A stretch of 64,000 nt of DNA from Tubiluchus corallicola (lineage: Eukaryota > Animalia > Priapulida). Made by a program: the position numbers and the translations under genes. The DNA is taken from assembly GCA_030141605.1 (NCBI GenBank), contig JAQGDQ010000334.1, positions 194,841-258,840 of the forward strand. The letters run 5' to 3'. Below are positions 28,088 to 43,600 of the stretch, one piece after another. The notes below the pieces were generated by a model. It did not search any database, was not told the origin of the DNA, and worked only from the letters and a program-made list of their open reading frames with translations. The stretch's first letter is position 1. Each line of letters starts with the position of its first letter.

Positions 28088-31000
28088 CTGAGTCTTGCTG
28101 ACAAACCTGAAATAATCAAAATATTGAAAGCGCTAAATCTATAAAATAATAATAATAGCTACGTAATGATGACTCTTGTCATAGTTTTTCGCTTTAATCG
28201 GAATTAAAGAACAACAGCTGTAACGGCAATATCAGCAACATCAGTGACGTGACAAAAACAACGACAATAACAAAAGAAAATAAATTAGGAGTAAATCAAA
28301 AGAGGTGCTTACTCACGCGCTCATGTGAAGTCAAAATGAACAAAAACTCTTCTGACTTTTCTGATTTTATCTTTGACCCAAAAAATAATGAGTCTAAGTA
28401 CGGTGCTTGTAGCTTCACGCATTTTGACGTTATTACGCAGACAAGCACAGCCGACGGAAATAAAACGAAATGTTTGATAATATTATTTTGTAGACACCAA
28501 ACTAACTTTAATTTAATTTAATTTGAACTGAATTGACTGCATTAGGTTTGATTGATTTAATTGGTTTAGAGTTTGCGTTTGGTTAGTTGAGTTGAGTTAT
28601 GTTGGTTTGGATTTGATAGTTCTAGTTGGGTTAGGTTGGATTGTGCTGGCTAGGTTGGACTGAATGAAGTTAGAATGAATTGGCTAAGCTGGTTGAGCTG
28701 GAAGTAGCTAGATTATATTCAGGTAAGTTTTCTACAAATTTGTCATTTCAGCAAATGTGCAAATTCAATTCCACAACCCAAGACTTCTCTGTGAGACGTG
28801 TGACTTCAACTAACATGAGCATGTGCAAACTGAGTTTTACTTTGTACTACCATTATTCATATCATACCACGCGCATTCTGCAAAACTGTCGTTCTAGAGG
28901 ATTGTGTGCACGTAGATTTTGCACTCAAGGCTCTCCGTCATAGAGAAAATGTTAAGTTAGCTTTTCTTTGTTTGGTTATCATTCTTTGTTGATATTATGT
29001 AGATGCTGCTAGTTTTATCCGTAGAAAATGTTTATTGGTCATGGAGATGTGTGAATTCAGCTTTACTTAGCTTTGTGTGTAGATTTTTTTATATAGGACT
29101 GCCAGTCATGGAGACGTGTGAACTCGCCTTTATTTTACGAGATTCTCGCTCCCGAAGATTTGTAATTCAACTTGATACTACAGGACTCTCTTTCATGGAA
29201 ACAGATGAATTTAGCTTCTCCTACAAGACCTCACTCACGTGTCACAGAAGTTACTCAAATTTACATATTTCATTTATTGTTTTTTTGCAATACAGTGTAT
29301 TAATTTTTAACTTTTAGTTATCTTTATTTCGTGTCAAACGTACAGCACCTAATAAAATACAATAGCAGAAAATACACTAAAATTACAATACAATCAAATT
29401 CACACTACATACCTAAACATTACAATATTATACAACTTTGATATTTCTTGGTAAGTTTTTGATATTTAAACCTTTATAAAATTAATTTTCTACTAGTCGT
29501 TTACAATAATAGGCCTACTACATAAATTCAGCGATGTCCTTGCGAATAAAGTGACCTGGCTTATGGATTTAATGCAAGGCTCTAACAATATCTATCTGGG
29601 TGAGACATAAGACGTTTATAAAAGGTAAGTTCTCTTAAGTCCATTAAATAGTTCAGTGGCGCTGTGTTACAAAAGTGCTGAAGTAATCTAACGCTTTCTT
29701 ATTCTCGTGTAAGCAGTGTTCCATGTAACCTTGACGGTTTTTGTTTTACTATAAAGACCGATAACAAGTTTTGACATGGTCCATAACTGGATTGGAGTTA
29801 TGTTAGTACTTAGTAGTGGTGTTAGGTTAGGTTAGAACAGGACAGGCCAAGGTAGGTTAGGTATGGTTAAGTTATACTTTCGCGTATAGTTATAAACTGT
29901 CAAGTTAATCTACTGATTGGCTTTCGTTAGAAAATTGTTTGTGCGTCCTATACCCAGCACTTTCGTCAATTAGCTGCAGCGCTGATTAGCAGCGAATCTA
30001 CTTCGCCGGAAACTATTCTGTAAATTTGACAATCATATATTCGGTAATAGAGATGGTATTACATAAAGTAATATAATGACTAGAAAATAATTTAATGAAT
30101 CTCGGAATATGACACTGTCCAAATAGTTAGAAAAGACGATTAAAGTTTTTTTTAAATAAGACTTCCTGTGTCTGATTTCGTCCTTCACGCAGCGAATAAA
30201 GACGTTTAATAAATATAATTTACTTGAAATCATTAAAAATGGCTTCTTTTCCTGCGTAAATGTATTCTATTATATTAGTCACAGTTCGAGTTGCAGAAAA
30301 ATATCTACTAAACAAAACTTAATGGGAGATAAATGAATATACAAAGTGACAAGTAAATAACATGACATCACATAAACAAAGAAAAACAAAGGGAAAGAAA
30401 TGAGATACAAATCTTGTTTTTGCTGTTTTTCATTTTCCCCCAAAAGCAGCAATATCAAAATTATTTCAAATGTCTTCATCAATAACTTGCTCATACTGTG
30501 AAACAAAAATCCACTCGCACTTTCCATTTTACTCGCAGGTTAATGAGGAAAGTCAAGACTGGTATCAGTTAGAGTATTCTGTGATTGCCTTTCATTATTT
30601 TGCTTTGAGTAGCAAAAGATTGACCAATTTAAAGCTCCTTTGATATTCATGTAAATACAAATGGCTGGCTAACCCTTCCACTAAACATCTTTTAGTTCTT
30701 TACAAATCGGATTGCATCTCCTTGAAATCTAACCCTAGTCAAGGTCTAGTAGATGAAATGCATAGTCCTTTATCACCACTTCTACGTAAGACGCTCTCAT
30801 GATCTCTTTTTAATAGTTTGCCGATTTCTGATCAGTTTATTCTGGACATTCTTAGATGTAGATTCCTAAATGTGTTTTCCCAGAAAACTGCAAGTCTACA
30901 ATCTAGAATGAAAGAGGTGCTGACAAGCGACTGGCATAACATTGTCTTTTGCTGGATTATTGCTGCGTTTACCTGTCTTGAGGGCATAGTACTTTTATTT

Positions 31001-31584
31001 TAGAATTCTACTTGCCTAATGTCTACAATAGACGCACTACGATGACGAACCTGACACTAATCAAGAAGAATATCCAGAAATACTTTCTATCGCCAAAAAA
31101 TTATTTATTTAAACTGTATTTCCTTGAACATTGTATTCATATTTTTATATTCTTATTGTGTTACAGTAACTTCTTACTTTGAGTGATCATTGGGCTTTGT
31201 TTAGGACGGTTTGTACGAAAAGTCGAAACCCTCATTTAGTTTCGACCCACTCTTTTCTCGCTGGAAATTAACATTGTTGACAAATTTTGTATTAAGGCGT
31301 CAAAGTGAAACAGGTTTAAAATTTGTATTTAACAGTAATATTTACAACATTTGATATTCATTCACAAGCCATGCGCTTACATTGTACAAATGGCATTCAG
31401 CTGAGACCACACTGCATATATATGTAGAAAGTTACGTATGCATGTGCTGTGGTCTGTCACATGCATCATTTGATCACAAAGAAACATGCACTCATGATGC
31501 GCTTTGCATACACATATAGGAGTACTACCGTAAGTGTATTACTCATTTTGTGAGCTTATCTTTTAAATATAAATTCGCCGTATA

Positions 31585-31700
31585 CGTGTGTTTGTTTATT
31601 GAACCATCATTATATACATCACATTACAAACAAATAAACAAGACAGGTTTAATCAACGGTGAAAGAAACATTTTAGAGACAAAATCCCCTTACAAAAATA
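31585..31700 (-). repeat. Second copy of the LINE 3' terminus seen at 14121-14240
   Basis: Both copies share gtttattgaacca... and tagagacaaaatccccttacaaa. Confidence 0.6.
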
Positions 31701-31790
31701 TATGTATACATGAATATATATATTACTGTGCCCAAAATCACGTAATTTTATTATCATTATAGTGTTATGTTGTACATAAATAATAAGTAC

Positions 31791-31826
<36 letters not shown>

Positions 31827-34300
31827 GCACGCAGTGTGAACACTTGTATGCAAACGCATGCATGTATGTTTATTTCTTTAAATGTAAATAGCCAAGTAAA
31901 CTTTCTGCTTAACATATTTTGCAATTTTGAACAACTCTGGCAGAAATATTAACTGAGAATTACATGTATGCTTTTAAAATGTATTTTTTATGAAGACATG
32001 TATTAATTTGCTGATGCTGTGATCTATGGTTCGAATGTCGTGAATGTATGTGATGACTCTACGGTACCTGAAGTGTGGTAACAATGAGGTCTCTGTATAT
32101 GGACATATATGCACGTATTGAACTGTAGTCTTTGAAAGCATATGCTGCCCTAAACCTGTATTTCCTGCAAAAGACGAGTTTGTTCTGCAATTCTGGTTTA
32201 TGTAGACAAAATACATGGAAAGATACAAACATCTGCAGAAAATATGAACACAACGATTTCTGTAAAAGTATGTGTTATCATTATTTATATTCAAAATAGA
32301 GGAAGGTACACTATAATTTCCGAAGAGTTTGTATAAATTAGAAATGTGGCATATAAACTTAAAATGCGACACACTTATCATCGTTTTTGTCTTTGCACTG
32401 TGCTTAGTTTAGTTTAGCTTACTTTCCAAAACGCCATAAATAATAAATTGTTACATACATTACAGTCTAGATATTATTACACTACAAACGGAAGAAAAGA
32501 ACTAAGAGCTGTACTAAGAAGATAGACTTGTGCAGGTCTGAGCAGAAGGCAAAACGGAAAGGAGTAGAAGGTGTGAAATAAAATAAGCGATGAGAATGAA
32601 ATAACAGGGTGATGCTAAGAGTAATGGCAATGGCAAGTGAATGAGATGATGGTGAAAATGAGGATTAGATGCACATGAAAATACAGGACTAAAGAGAAGT
32701 AGATCAATCAGCTGAGTGACTGCAGAAATTAGTATGGAGTCATGCCAGGGATAATAGCAATTTTCATTTTGGTACTTCTTCTATACTTCTTAGTTAGAAC
32801 TTCTTCCTCTTCAGACTCCTCTAAAGACTGCAATACATTATACTAAGATGAGTTCATTAGCACTAAATATTATATAACTTTGCACTAGATATGACTATAT
32901 GAGATTATAGATTCTATATATTTAGGTTATCATTTAATATAAAATATTCTAGACTCACTTTATATTTAAAAATGAGATGTTCACATTTGATATAATGTCG
33001 TAAAGAATTCCAAATTAAATTAAAGGGCCATAAAATTTAACAAATTGCTTATCAACATTGGTGCGAATATATATGACAATATATTGGTTATAGCGTGTAT
33101 TATGACGTTTTACATTTAACTAAACAGGATTATTGAAGAAATTGGAAGACTTGGCTTGCATAATGTAATATGCACTAGGAGTAAGGTCTCCGTAGAATAA
33201 CTGGGAAGGTTAGTAAAAAAACGAAACCCTGACGTTGGCTAGCTGAATTCTCTTCAACTATTCTGGAAAACAATTTCTCGTAGTGCTCACGATATCTTTG
33301 TCGCCATTTACGGCCATTAATATTAAAGTCATGGCTGCTAAGTCGCTTCCAAACAACTACCGTCTGTATCAGAAGCCCTGCCGTTAAAAATATAATAAGC
33401 AGCTAAAAAACTCTATGCCGTATATAATAGTAAATTTTGATTGAGAAATCTACGCCAATTTCCAATATCTCGTTGCTTCATTTCACATGAACAAAATCTC
33501 ACATTCATTAAGCAAATGAGTTTCGTGCTCGCTGAAAGACAGCATTACGGCACAAACAAAATTTACAACGTTGTGCCCCTCGTAAACTGCGATGCTGAGA
33601 AGCGCTACAGACTTCGAGATGAAGTATTTGCTTTCTTCTACAGGAAAACATATAGTTAAGCAGCCTAGAGTCTTCAGGTGTTAAGACAGATGTTGATGTA
33701 AAAATAATCAGATTAAAGTCTGAGTGTTACGAGACATTAACGTTCTTACATGAAAATGGGAAAAAAACACGGAAATGTATCATCATAATTTGCGAAAAAA
33801 TGTGATGGAATATGTGGGCAAACATGAGCTTGGCGACGTTAAAAGACACTGAATATGGTTAGTAAATAGACGGGTGACCACCTGGAACACCATTTCCAGG
33901 CTTTTTTTATCTGCCATGTTGCCTAATTATTTACTTCGCTAATAGAGATGTACATATGCATCTGAACTTCTGATAACGATTATTATCGTTATAATCAGAT
34001 AGGTTCCCATCCCGCTACAATTATCTACACTAGGTGCTGAATTCTGAAAACTTTACAGGTAAGGCTAAAAACTATCTAAACTAATTAACTAAGCTTTTTC
34101 TAGTAGTTACTAGTACATATATAAATAATACGGTGACAACATACATGTTGGAATTATTAGTGGCACGGTTGAGGTGTATTTATAAATTTTAGGCAACAGC
34201 TAAATTACAAATTAAAATGACTAGATTTCATTTAAATACCTTTAAAGGGTTGTAGTAATAAACATTACAATATCTATTGCAAAACTTGATTGTTACTTAC

Positions 34301-34590
34301 CTGTTACATTTTGACAACATTTGCGAAACTGAGGGACTCGTCATTTTATAATGAATAAAACAGAATTTTTGGTAACTGTTTGGTGTCTTGGAAAAACTGC
34401 ACGTCGCTCTTCTAAAATATCAAAATTTTCTGCTGATTTGTGAAAAGCTTTGTCTAGCGAAATTTAAGACTGCGCGACCACCACGATTTTACAAGATTCC
34501 GCTGCACAGTTTTTTGCCTAGCAGCTGAAGCCGATGCTGCGCGTGAAGCTTTTGAAGCTCCTACCTGCGAGTGTGAGCGAATATAAACCG
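34301..34590 (-). promoter_or_regulatory. Candidate non-coding first exon and promoter of prohormone-4
   Basis: Strong donor CAG|gtaagt at 34301/34300, CpG-richer stretch 34470-34580 and a TATA-like TTTATA near 34585 on the minus strand. The ATG exon has an acceptor, so an upstream exon is needed. The 5' limit is a guess. Confidence 0.35.
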
Positions 34591-36536
34591 ATAGCATGTG
34601 ATTGATCAATGATGGTGATGTTTCCAAGTGCAACTACGCCCATCTTTCGTTTCTACGCGTTTAGAATGATGGATCTACAAGTGCGTAGATGGTGGACATT
34701 AATCAAAGACAGATTTAGCACCAGAAATAAATGAAGCTATATAAACCTTAAAGTGAAAATTCATATACCTGTTTACAACATCGAAATTTCTGTTTTAGTT
34801 TTCCTTGAACTTAGAAAAATAGACTTACATGAAAGCACTCATTTTTACTTCTGGGGTAACTACTATTCATCCTACAAAAAATCTGACTTGTACTCAATAA
34901 TTTGATAACAAACGATTTTTGAGTCACTTTGCGTCCGAGAATGCGAAACTTACGAATTCATTTTTGCAATTATTTATTTTGACTTACAAATCAAAACATT
35001 CAGGAATTTGCGCTCAGCATTTAGCTTATCTATGACCTCTCTCTCCAGCTATTGTGCTGCATGACACAAAAAGTATATTTAACAAATATGTGCTTTTAGG
35101 ACAGCCGTACACGATCTTCTCTGGCACTCCCAGTATTTCTGTTGGAGAATTCGCATGTGTGCTTACTGTTCATTGCACTTTCTAGTACTACTGCTAACTA
35201 ATATGTAATGTTTGTGTTGTTGCAAAAACCAATCATGTTTTAAGTTGCAGATCGGCTAAAATTAGTCAGCATTTCTAAACTCATGGGATATAAGTGGGTT
35301 GCAATATATTTACACTATTAAACGGCCTATCCCTATACATGTGATTATTTGCAAACATTATTTGCAACTGCATCCATTATATGCAATTCGACGGAACTCT
35401 TCGGGAATTTTACGAATAAAATCACTAGCACCGATTGATATACGATTTAATAAAAGTGCTATAACTTATAAAAATCGATACTTTATGATGAACGGAGTGG
35501 AAAATAGCAAAAACAAATATATGTACGTATTTAATCTGCAGTGAACCTTAACAGCACAATAATTAAGGGCTTGAGCAGCTTCCGTGTCCGGATCCGGGTA
35601 AACTAAAGCCTGATATTAAATTAATTTATATTTTAATATTTACTGTGCGTCAATACTTAATACTTGCTGCTCTGTAATAATTGATAGCCATCGTGACATC
35701 ATTAACACTAGATTCTGTAATCTATCCAATATTATAATTGTTTTTTTATAGAATTTGTGCAATGTCAGCTCAGTACATTACCGTCTCTGAAAAAAAATAG
35801 ATATTTTAGTCAAATAGACAGTATTTCAGAAAGTGCGATGCTTGCATTTGCTAGAGAATTTCATTGACTTTATGTTAGGGCATACTTCAGTGGATCACCT
35901 AACTTGTGCCACAGTTATGAATAATGTAATGTAAACGCTTGGCTCTTCTGGTGATTACCTGCTAGCTGCTGAAAAAATAAACTCTACACTGTGCTGCCCT
36001 AATTTATATTACCTGCCTAGTCCTATACCTATACCATGTTTGGATTACGAAAACTGTAGTTTTTATGTATACCGTTTGCTTAGTCGCGTAGATTCCAATC
36101 TAATGTGAGTATCTGAGAAATTCTCAATTAGCATTTCACTTACGATAGCATTTGATCAAACACTAAGATCTGTTTGGATCACGTTTGAATAGAGTATGTG
36201 GCTGGTCACATTTGTAATTCATAAAAACAAACCTCCCTTGCAGGTCATATATTAACAACAGTTTAAGTTCAGCTAGGTTAGGGAGGATTAAGGCCTTTTG
36301 GTGAAACCATTTGGTGATAACACAGTCAGGCTGTGGGTCATACAATTCGACGCACTGCAAATTGGAATCCCACATTGAGTGACAGGACCTACTTAATGCT
36401 GATGGCTGTGACAAGACTGGAATCTGGTTCATGATGAGGCACTAAACTGACAGAGATGAATTAGCGACGTTCAGAATGTGAACAACCTCCTTCAATGAAG
36501 TGAACAGTCAGAGCCAGTATGGCGAATGAAACTGTC

Positions 36537-36843
<307 letters not shown>

Positions 36844-38479
36844 TTTAATGCAGGAGGCCAAATGCCATTTGCTGGCCAACCTTGGTATGGCTTCACTTGA
36901 GTAGCGAATTTACAGGCATGTCATCAGTTGGCTATTTAGCTCTCTCTTATGCAGGTTTTATTCACAAAGCAACATCAGAACGAGAACACGTAAATCCAGC
37001 GCTTATATGAAAGGGGATCTAGTCCGTCATTAAGCTCACTTGTAGACTCCGTGCTCATTTAGGCATTCATATTTCATAATATATATAATCAGCCGTAAAA
37101 ACTTTATTAATATTTCAAATATTTTTATTGATTTCTTTATAATTTCTTAGTTTTCTACATACATGACAAAACTATAAATTTAAAATTTAATGTTGTAATT
37201 GAAGTTGCAACCGTTTTTATAAAGATTTAACTTAAATTTAGAGACTAATTTTAAATAAAATGAGCTCTCGCCTACTCTATTTTGAAAAGGCCGTCCGCCA
37301 AGGCCTACAACCAATCTTCTTCCGTTTCTTGAAGGTCTCTACAATTATGGCTACAAAGCTAAAAATGGGCCAAATACTAAATATAGTTTAAAATATAAAT
37401 TTAAACTTTAATGCTAACATTTATCCACTCTTCTTAAATCCTGCAGTTTATCGCCTGATTTAACGATTTCACTGTGCTGAACGGTTGTGCAAACGACGAC
37501 GTTATAAAATTTCTTATAAGGAGGCAAAGTAATAAACTTATTACTCAACACTGCATAACTAATAAGCTTAATGACGTTGGTGTGATTACACATAAACTTT
37601 ACTCTGTGTCGTTTATATGCAATAGCCACGAAGACAGTGTCATTTATGAAAGTAATGAATGAGACGATTTCTTGCGGCTCTTCATGAGTAAAAACAGTGA
37701 TTTCCGGCAGCCATTCTTATCTGCGAGCTGCAGACAGGTTAATAAGTTAAATAGCAGGTGTACATAGTTTAGAATAGATAGACAGCGTCACTAATCAAAT
37801 GGACCGACAATAACAGCACCAACAAGCCAAGCCAGGTCGACCTAACTACAGCTCGTCTCGGAGACATATTTTAATAACAATAATAATAACAACAACAACA
37901 ACAACAACAATAATAATAATAACAATAAACTAAAAGTCTGTTACTGGTTATGGAATAAATTATTATTCTTATTTAGTGGAAACTGTTATTGCTTATTTTT
38001 GGTCTATTGTTTCCTTTGAAATAACTTTCTTTCAAAAAATGAAGTGAACAAGTGGTCCTACAATTACACCTACGTGCTTACGTTATTATTCAGCAAATGT
38101 AAGTAGGCGGGCAAGTATGTTTTTGAACATTCTCAAGCGAGTAAGATGCGGAATATTTAATAAAATATGGTCTAATATACGCCGTGCTATGTAGATTTAT
38201 TTTGTTCCAAGGACTACTATACACAGTGTATAGTAGTCCTTGTTTTGTTCTAATACTGAACGAGGTTGAGATTTTATGTATATTTAAACGTTTGTACATG
38301 TACTGTGTACGGTTGTACGTCTAAATGTTTGTACGCGTGCCTTCTTTGTAATGTTCGCCGTATCTTATTTAGATTGGATTATAGGAAAATACCTAACTAC
38401 TCATGAGAAGTAGTAGCTTTTAAAGCTACATTATTAATAAAGGGTAAAATTTCAACAGGAGAGGCTGTACAAAACAACA

Positions 38480-38950
38480 TCTAATTTATTGGGATCAAAG
38501 AGCACTTTACACTGGTTTGTCGACTGTTGGAACGGTTCTTGTGTATCAGAGACCGAGTTTATATAGTTCAACACTATTAATGAAGGCTGGGTCGTTGCCA
38601 ATGTCAGTTATTGAGGTGTCGCCTGCAAAAAGACGCATCATACAATTGACGTCCTAAACAGTATCATCAATAAACACCGGAAATAAAACAGGTCCAAGAC
38701 AGATGTTTTAGGGGCCTCAGAATTTGTAAAATGGTAATCGAAATAATTTCCATCAATTACAACTCACTCCCTGACATGATTAGACAAATGAATCATACCA
38801 TTTTAAAGCAGACTGTCAGAAATGCAAGTTTGATTTAAACAGCTTAAGCTGAGTTTGATCAATCGGTAGATTGCTTTCGCAGTTTCTTTGAAATCACTGG
38901 AGAGCTAATAATAACGTTCGTTGTCAATGTTTTTTTCACATTTTTACCGT
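38480..38950 (-). mobile_element. Old CR1-group RT remnant
   Basis: Minus strand reads SVLGPVLFPVFIDD...MRLFAGDT, a decayed GSVLGPxLF...LFADD. Confidence 0.6.
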
Positions 38951-40561
38951 TGACTCTGCGTAGATGGCTTCTGGGTTATAAGTGTTCTTTGATGCAAAAT
39001 GAGCCATCATAAAAAACTAATAAACATTTTCAGGTCTTTACTAGGTTAGTAGAAATTCAGTTTTTATTAACAAAAATTAAGGCTTAATCATTTTTTGTCA
39101 ATGAGTTCGGCAGGGACGTAGAACAAATATACTTACTGCTTACCAATATGCGTGAACTACAGTATTATGTTATAGACAACAATACCAACATATACTGTTA
39201 ATGTTTGTACTATAAATTTCCATTTGCAAGGATTACTGCAAACAAAAACAATTCGTAAGAATCCAGCGTGTCTTATTCTTCTCCAACTCTTACTTCTCAA
39301 TTGGAAAGTTGCTATTAATAAACTTTCCAGAATAAACATATAATTGTATTTTGGAAACGCATGTAGTACAGGTATTTTCCTTTGCATGAGCTTTTTGACA
39401 TACGCTCATCAAAACAAAACCATTTTTTCAAATATAAGGAGTAAACATGTCCCGTACCTAAGTCAATAATGTACACAATGCTAAAAATAGTCGTGGTAAT
39501 TACCATCATAATGATTAAAAGCACGTACAATCATATATCACAGTAGTGCTTCCGAGCTCATTTACAATAATTTGAAATTAAAATAATAATTAATAATGAA
39601 GACTGAAATAATTACTATAATTATGTTATCGTACCCAATAAACACAATTTTAAGTGAAGACCTTTGCAACTAATGTTTGCTGCATTTTTATTATACGATC
39701 TTAAAACTAATGCATATATGCCAATTATACAGCATTATCAATAATTTATCACATAGTATGCCCTACGCAATTTTGCAAATAAATCAATACAAGCTATATG
39801 AAAGACATAGTCTCATATCTAGCTACATAGCAGCATACGAATAAGTGGAAGCATGAAAGGAGAACAGGCAAACAAAAGTAAAAAACAAGCTTTTATAAAA
39901 ATAATTCACGTTTTAGGAGTCGAGCTCCACTTTCTATAAACACTGCCTAACAGATGTATAAAACTTTAAGAGGAGAAATACACATTCCAGTGATTATGTA
40001 TTATAAGTAATTTGATTCTTAAAAAAGTCTGCAGCACTAGTGACCAAGCAGTAAGGTCTACTGTAAGTAATGTATGCAAAAATTTACGCTTAATAATTTA
40101 CAAGCCTTTACTAGAAAATTTAACTGTTAATACAAATGTTGTACACTACACAGCACTTCAAACAAAGTAATAAAAAGAAGGATGTTTACTTTTTGTCAGA
40201 TCATGTTTTATTCTTACCGACTTAAATAGGCAGACAGCAAAAACTACTAGAGACTTGGTAAATTTCTCATCAACGTGGAATGTGAAGAATAAAGTCTTTT
40301 ATGATACTACATTCACAATTTTGTTTTAATATTTATAGACCTATTACAATTCTGATAAAAAAGAAACAGCACTTGTCAGGTATAACAGTGAACACAGTGA
40401 TGTAAATAAGCCACGTATAATTGTGTTTTTCATACAAGTATTTAACTGATTTTGTTATTAAGAATCACTATAAAAATTCTGCTACGTTTGGATCTTAGTG
40501 GTTGGCTACACACAGTTAAAAATAGAAATGCATGTCATGTGAACCAACTGAACAAATGTTG

Positions 40562-40687
40562 TTAAAAGTAGGTGATTGGATCAGTTCTTGTTTTTCCTTC
40601 TAGAACATTATTCAATTGGAGATCACCTTGTCCAGGTAGAGGCTTATAGACTCGAATATGTATGTGATTATCATTACCAACATGGAT
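40562..40687 (-). CDS. CSTB: Cystatin-B/stefin-like, exon 3 (terminal)
   Basis: ttacag|IHVGNDNHIHIRVYKPLPGQGDLQLNNVLEGKTRTDPITYF*; LP second loop and C-terminal TYF; the spliced protein is 97 aa. Confidence 0.95.
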   Translation of the reverse strand: MHVGNDNHIHIRVYKPLPGQGDLQLNNVLEGKTRTDPITYF

Positions 40688-43600
40688 CTGTAATAAAAAG
40701 AAACACAATTCAAATGATATTACTAATTTGGTTATTACGCTTTGTCAGATCATAAGCGAAAAAGCTGGTGCATGGCAGCAACCTCATTTTGGAGGTTCAG
40801 AGCAAAATTTTTTGGCATTTCAATACAACTAAACTTGAAAAAATTTTATGATATTTTGGCACTTCCACCAATTGCGAATTATTTGCAAATGCAATAAATG
40901 TTGTAAAATTCAACATTCAAAAATTCTGTACAATTATTTTAATTTTAATGCGTGTTGAATTAAAGGCTGTTAATAAGTAAACCTACTGTGTGTGGTAAAG
41001 TTGGACACTTCATATGAGCAATGTTTTATTTTGAAGTTGAACAAGGACATTTGCTAAGACATATTAACATATACCTATGTGAAAGTCTGTTGACTACCTA
41101 GTGTAACAAGTGCTAGTCGGTGGCTAAAGAGTGCTACTATAATTTTTATATTAACCTATACCTATGTGAAGTTAATTATATGAACTGTGACTTTGCTATA
41201 AATCTTTGTTTCTGCCTATGTTGTAATTATTTCAATAACTTAAATAAATTCTTAAGTACAAAATTTATATTTTCTTCACTTATCTTTTTGCAAGTATCAC
41301 TTTGAGCAGTTTAGTGTAAGTAATAATATTCTTTGTGTCATTTGAACTGCCAATAATTATTTCATTCTCAGAAGTACCTGTATGCAAATCATTGTGCTAC
41401 CAGTACATCTATTACAATTACGCAGGGTGGCTACAGAGTGCTACGGTGCATAAAGTTCAAGCTACAATTACGAAGAAACCCTGGAGGTGGTATGTGTCAG
41501 TTCCCAACTTCACAACAACAATTTTTTTCTGTGAGCAGTACATTTCATGCTCCCGCTGTTCACTAACTGCAAAAATAGATGATACATCTATTATACTTAC
41601 TAATAGCCATTGTGATTATCATGCGTGCACACGTCAAAAGTCTAATGATGATCACAATTATGATAACACTCATTTCCTTAACACTACCCCATAAACAAAA
41701 AGTAGACATTGTGGTGGTGATGATCAAATCACGCGTATGTGTGTGCGTGTGCATATGCGCGTGCACATTCTTAATTTAATGCTTACTGTATTTTTGTTTC
41801 AACAGTGCAGCCCACTTGTCTACAAATAGTGTAACTTCTGTGCTTTATCATGTTATATTTTTTTGCAAAATGTTAAATAAAGGAAATTGATTTATCTTTA
41901 TTTTATCTCTCTCATTCTAGTCAGTTAGCTTTTCCCTGTGAAATTTCCATATGTTAATTGAATGCTAACCCTTAAAAGAAACACATCACAAGTTTCTTGT
42001 GCCTGCGAAGGTTCTGCATTCAAATTCTGGTTGAATCAGAATTTTTGTTCCAACATCTCTTTCAATTAATTCTGCTTACCTAATTGTTGTATGATGATGA
42101 TGTTACATATGCAGATGTATGCCTGCGCGTGATAGACTGAAGCTATTGTTTTTATAAAAGCACCAACAAGCAGGATATACTTCGTCAATGAAGCCATACT
42201 CACGACATAATAAATGTACTATGCAGGGAGTAAATCTGCCCTCGCAAGAAAAAATGCTGTGAATTTTTTAAAGGCTACAGTAATAAATATGTGCCCTACA
42301 AAATTCATATTTCACTTACAGTTGCAAGTGACAATGACAGTTACAGCTACAAGTGACAGTTACTAGTTTTCAGCCTTAGCAGTTTTTAAGTTATGGTCGG
42401 AATGCTTTTGCATGTTAAAAAATTAAAAAAACAGTGTCACAATGCAACTGATCTAGCTCTGTTCTCAATAAAAAAGGCACTCAATTAAACCTCTTAATTA
42501 TGTAAGGAGAAAGAGTATGATGGTCAAAAAGTTAGCATTTATAGTGGAACACTGGAGGTGTTTTTTTTTGTAAAAATGGGCATCATAGCCATTCTTTCTT
42601 GTCAATTTCCCCATGCTTCCCTATCAAGTCGCTTTGCATAATTTTTGGGATCTAGAAGCTGCATTTTCGATTCGGCATGGTCGAATTAATAAAAATAATT
42701 TTCTTTTTGTTTTATAACAAATCTCTATGTGAAAATTGCATGATCAGCATTTTTTCTGCGTGGTGGCCATTTTTGAAATAAAAGTAACAGAAATGGATTC
42801 CTTACTACCCTAGGTCGAGACTAAATATCGTAATTCCCACTTAATGATAATTTTCCGGGAATTTATATTATCTTTTCGATATTGTCCATTATTTCCAAAC
42901 AAAGGAAAGGAAGAATGAAAAAAGAAAAGAAAAAAAAAGAAAGGGAAAAATGAGACAAGAAAGGAAAAAGAAAAAATAAAAGGAAAAGAAAGAAAATGAG
43001 AAAAAACGAAGAAGAAACGATCAAAGAAAAAAGAAAGGAATAAACGAAGAATGCAAGGAAAGAAGCAAGGTCATACTTACAGTATAATAAATATCCACAC
43101 ACAGTATTCCTTTTAGTTTTATCATTAATTATGGTTAGGAGGCATTTTTTAAATGTATGAAAATGAACATTGTACACTATAGCTGCCTAATGGAGTACAT
43201 AAGTTGAGGTGATTATGGGTTAAGGTTATAATTGTTGTTGTTTAATTGTTTTTGATCTTGGCAATGAACATATAAGGTGTACAAAGCCTGAAACAGCATG
43301 CCAAATTTAATTTTGGATAATAGTAATAATTTTCTATTACAAAAATGGATCAAGATTATCACACTCATTACAATATAGTAAAATATACACAGTTTTCTTT
43401 AGGTGTAATGTCGTTTGAAGAAGTAGGGATAGTGTCAGATTTCTGGTGCTTTCTTGTTCGAGTCCAGTCACCAACTCCTAGAGCTTGGGCCTCCATAAAG
43501 ATACCTGCGAGAGATAGAATTTTACGAAGCCCGTGTAGGTGATAAGAAACCCCTAAACTTCATGACGTCAAGCCCTAATTGCATTCCAGTGTAACGTCCA

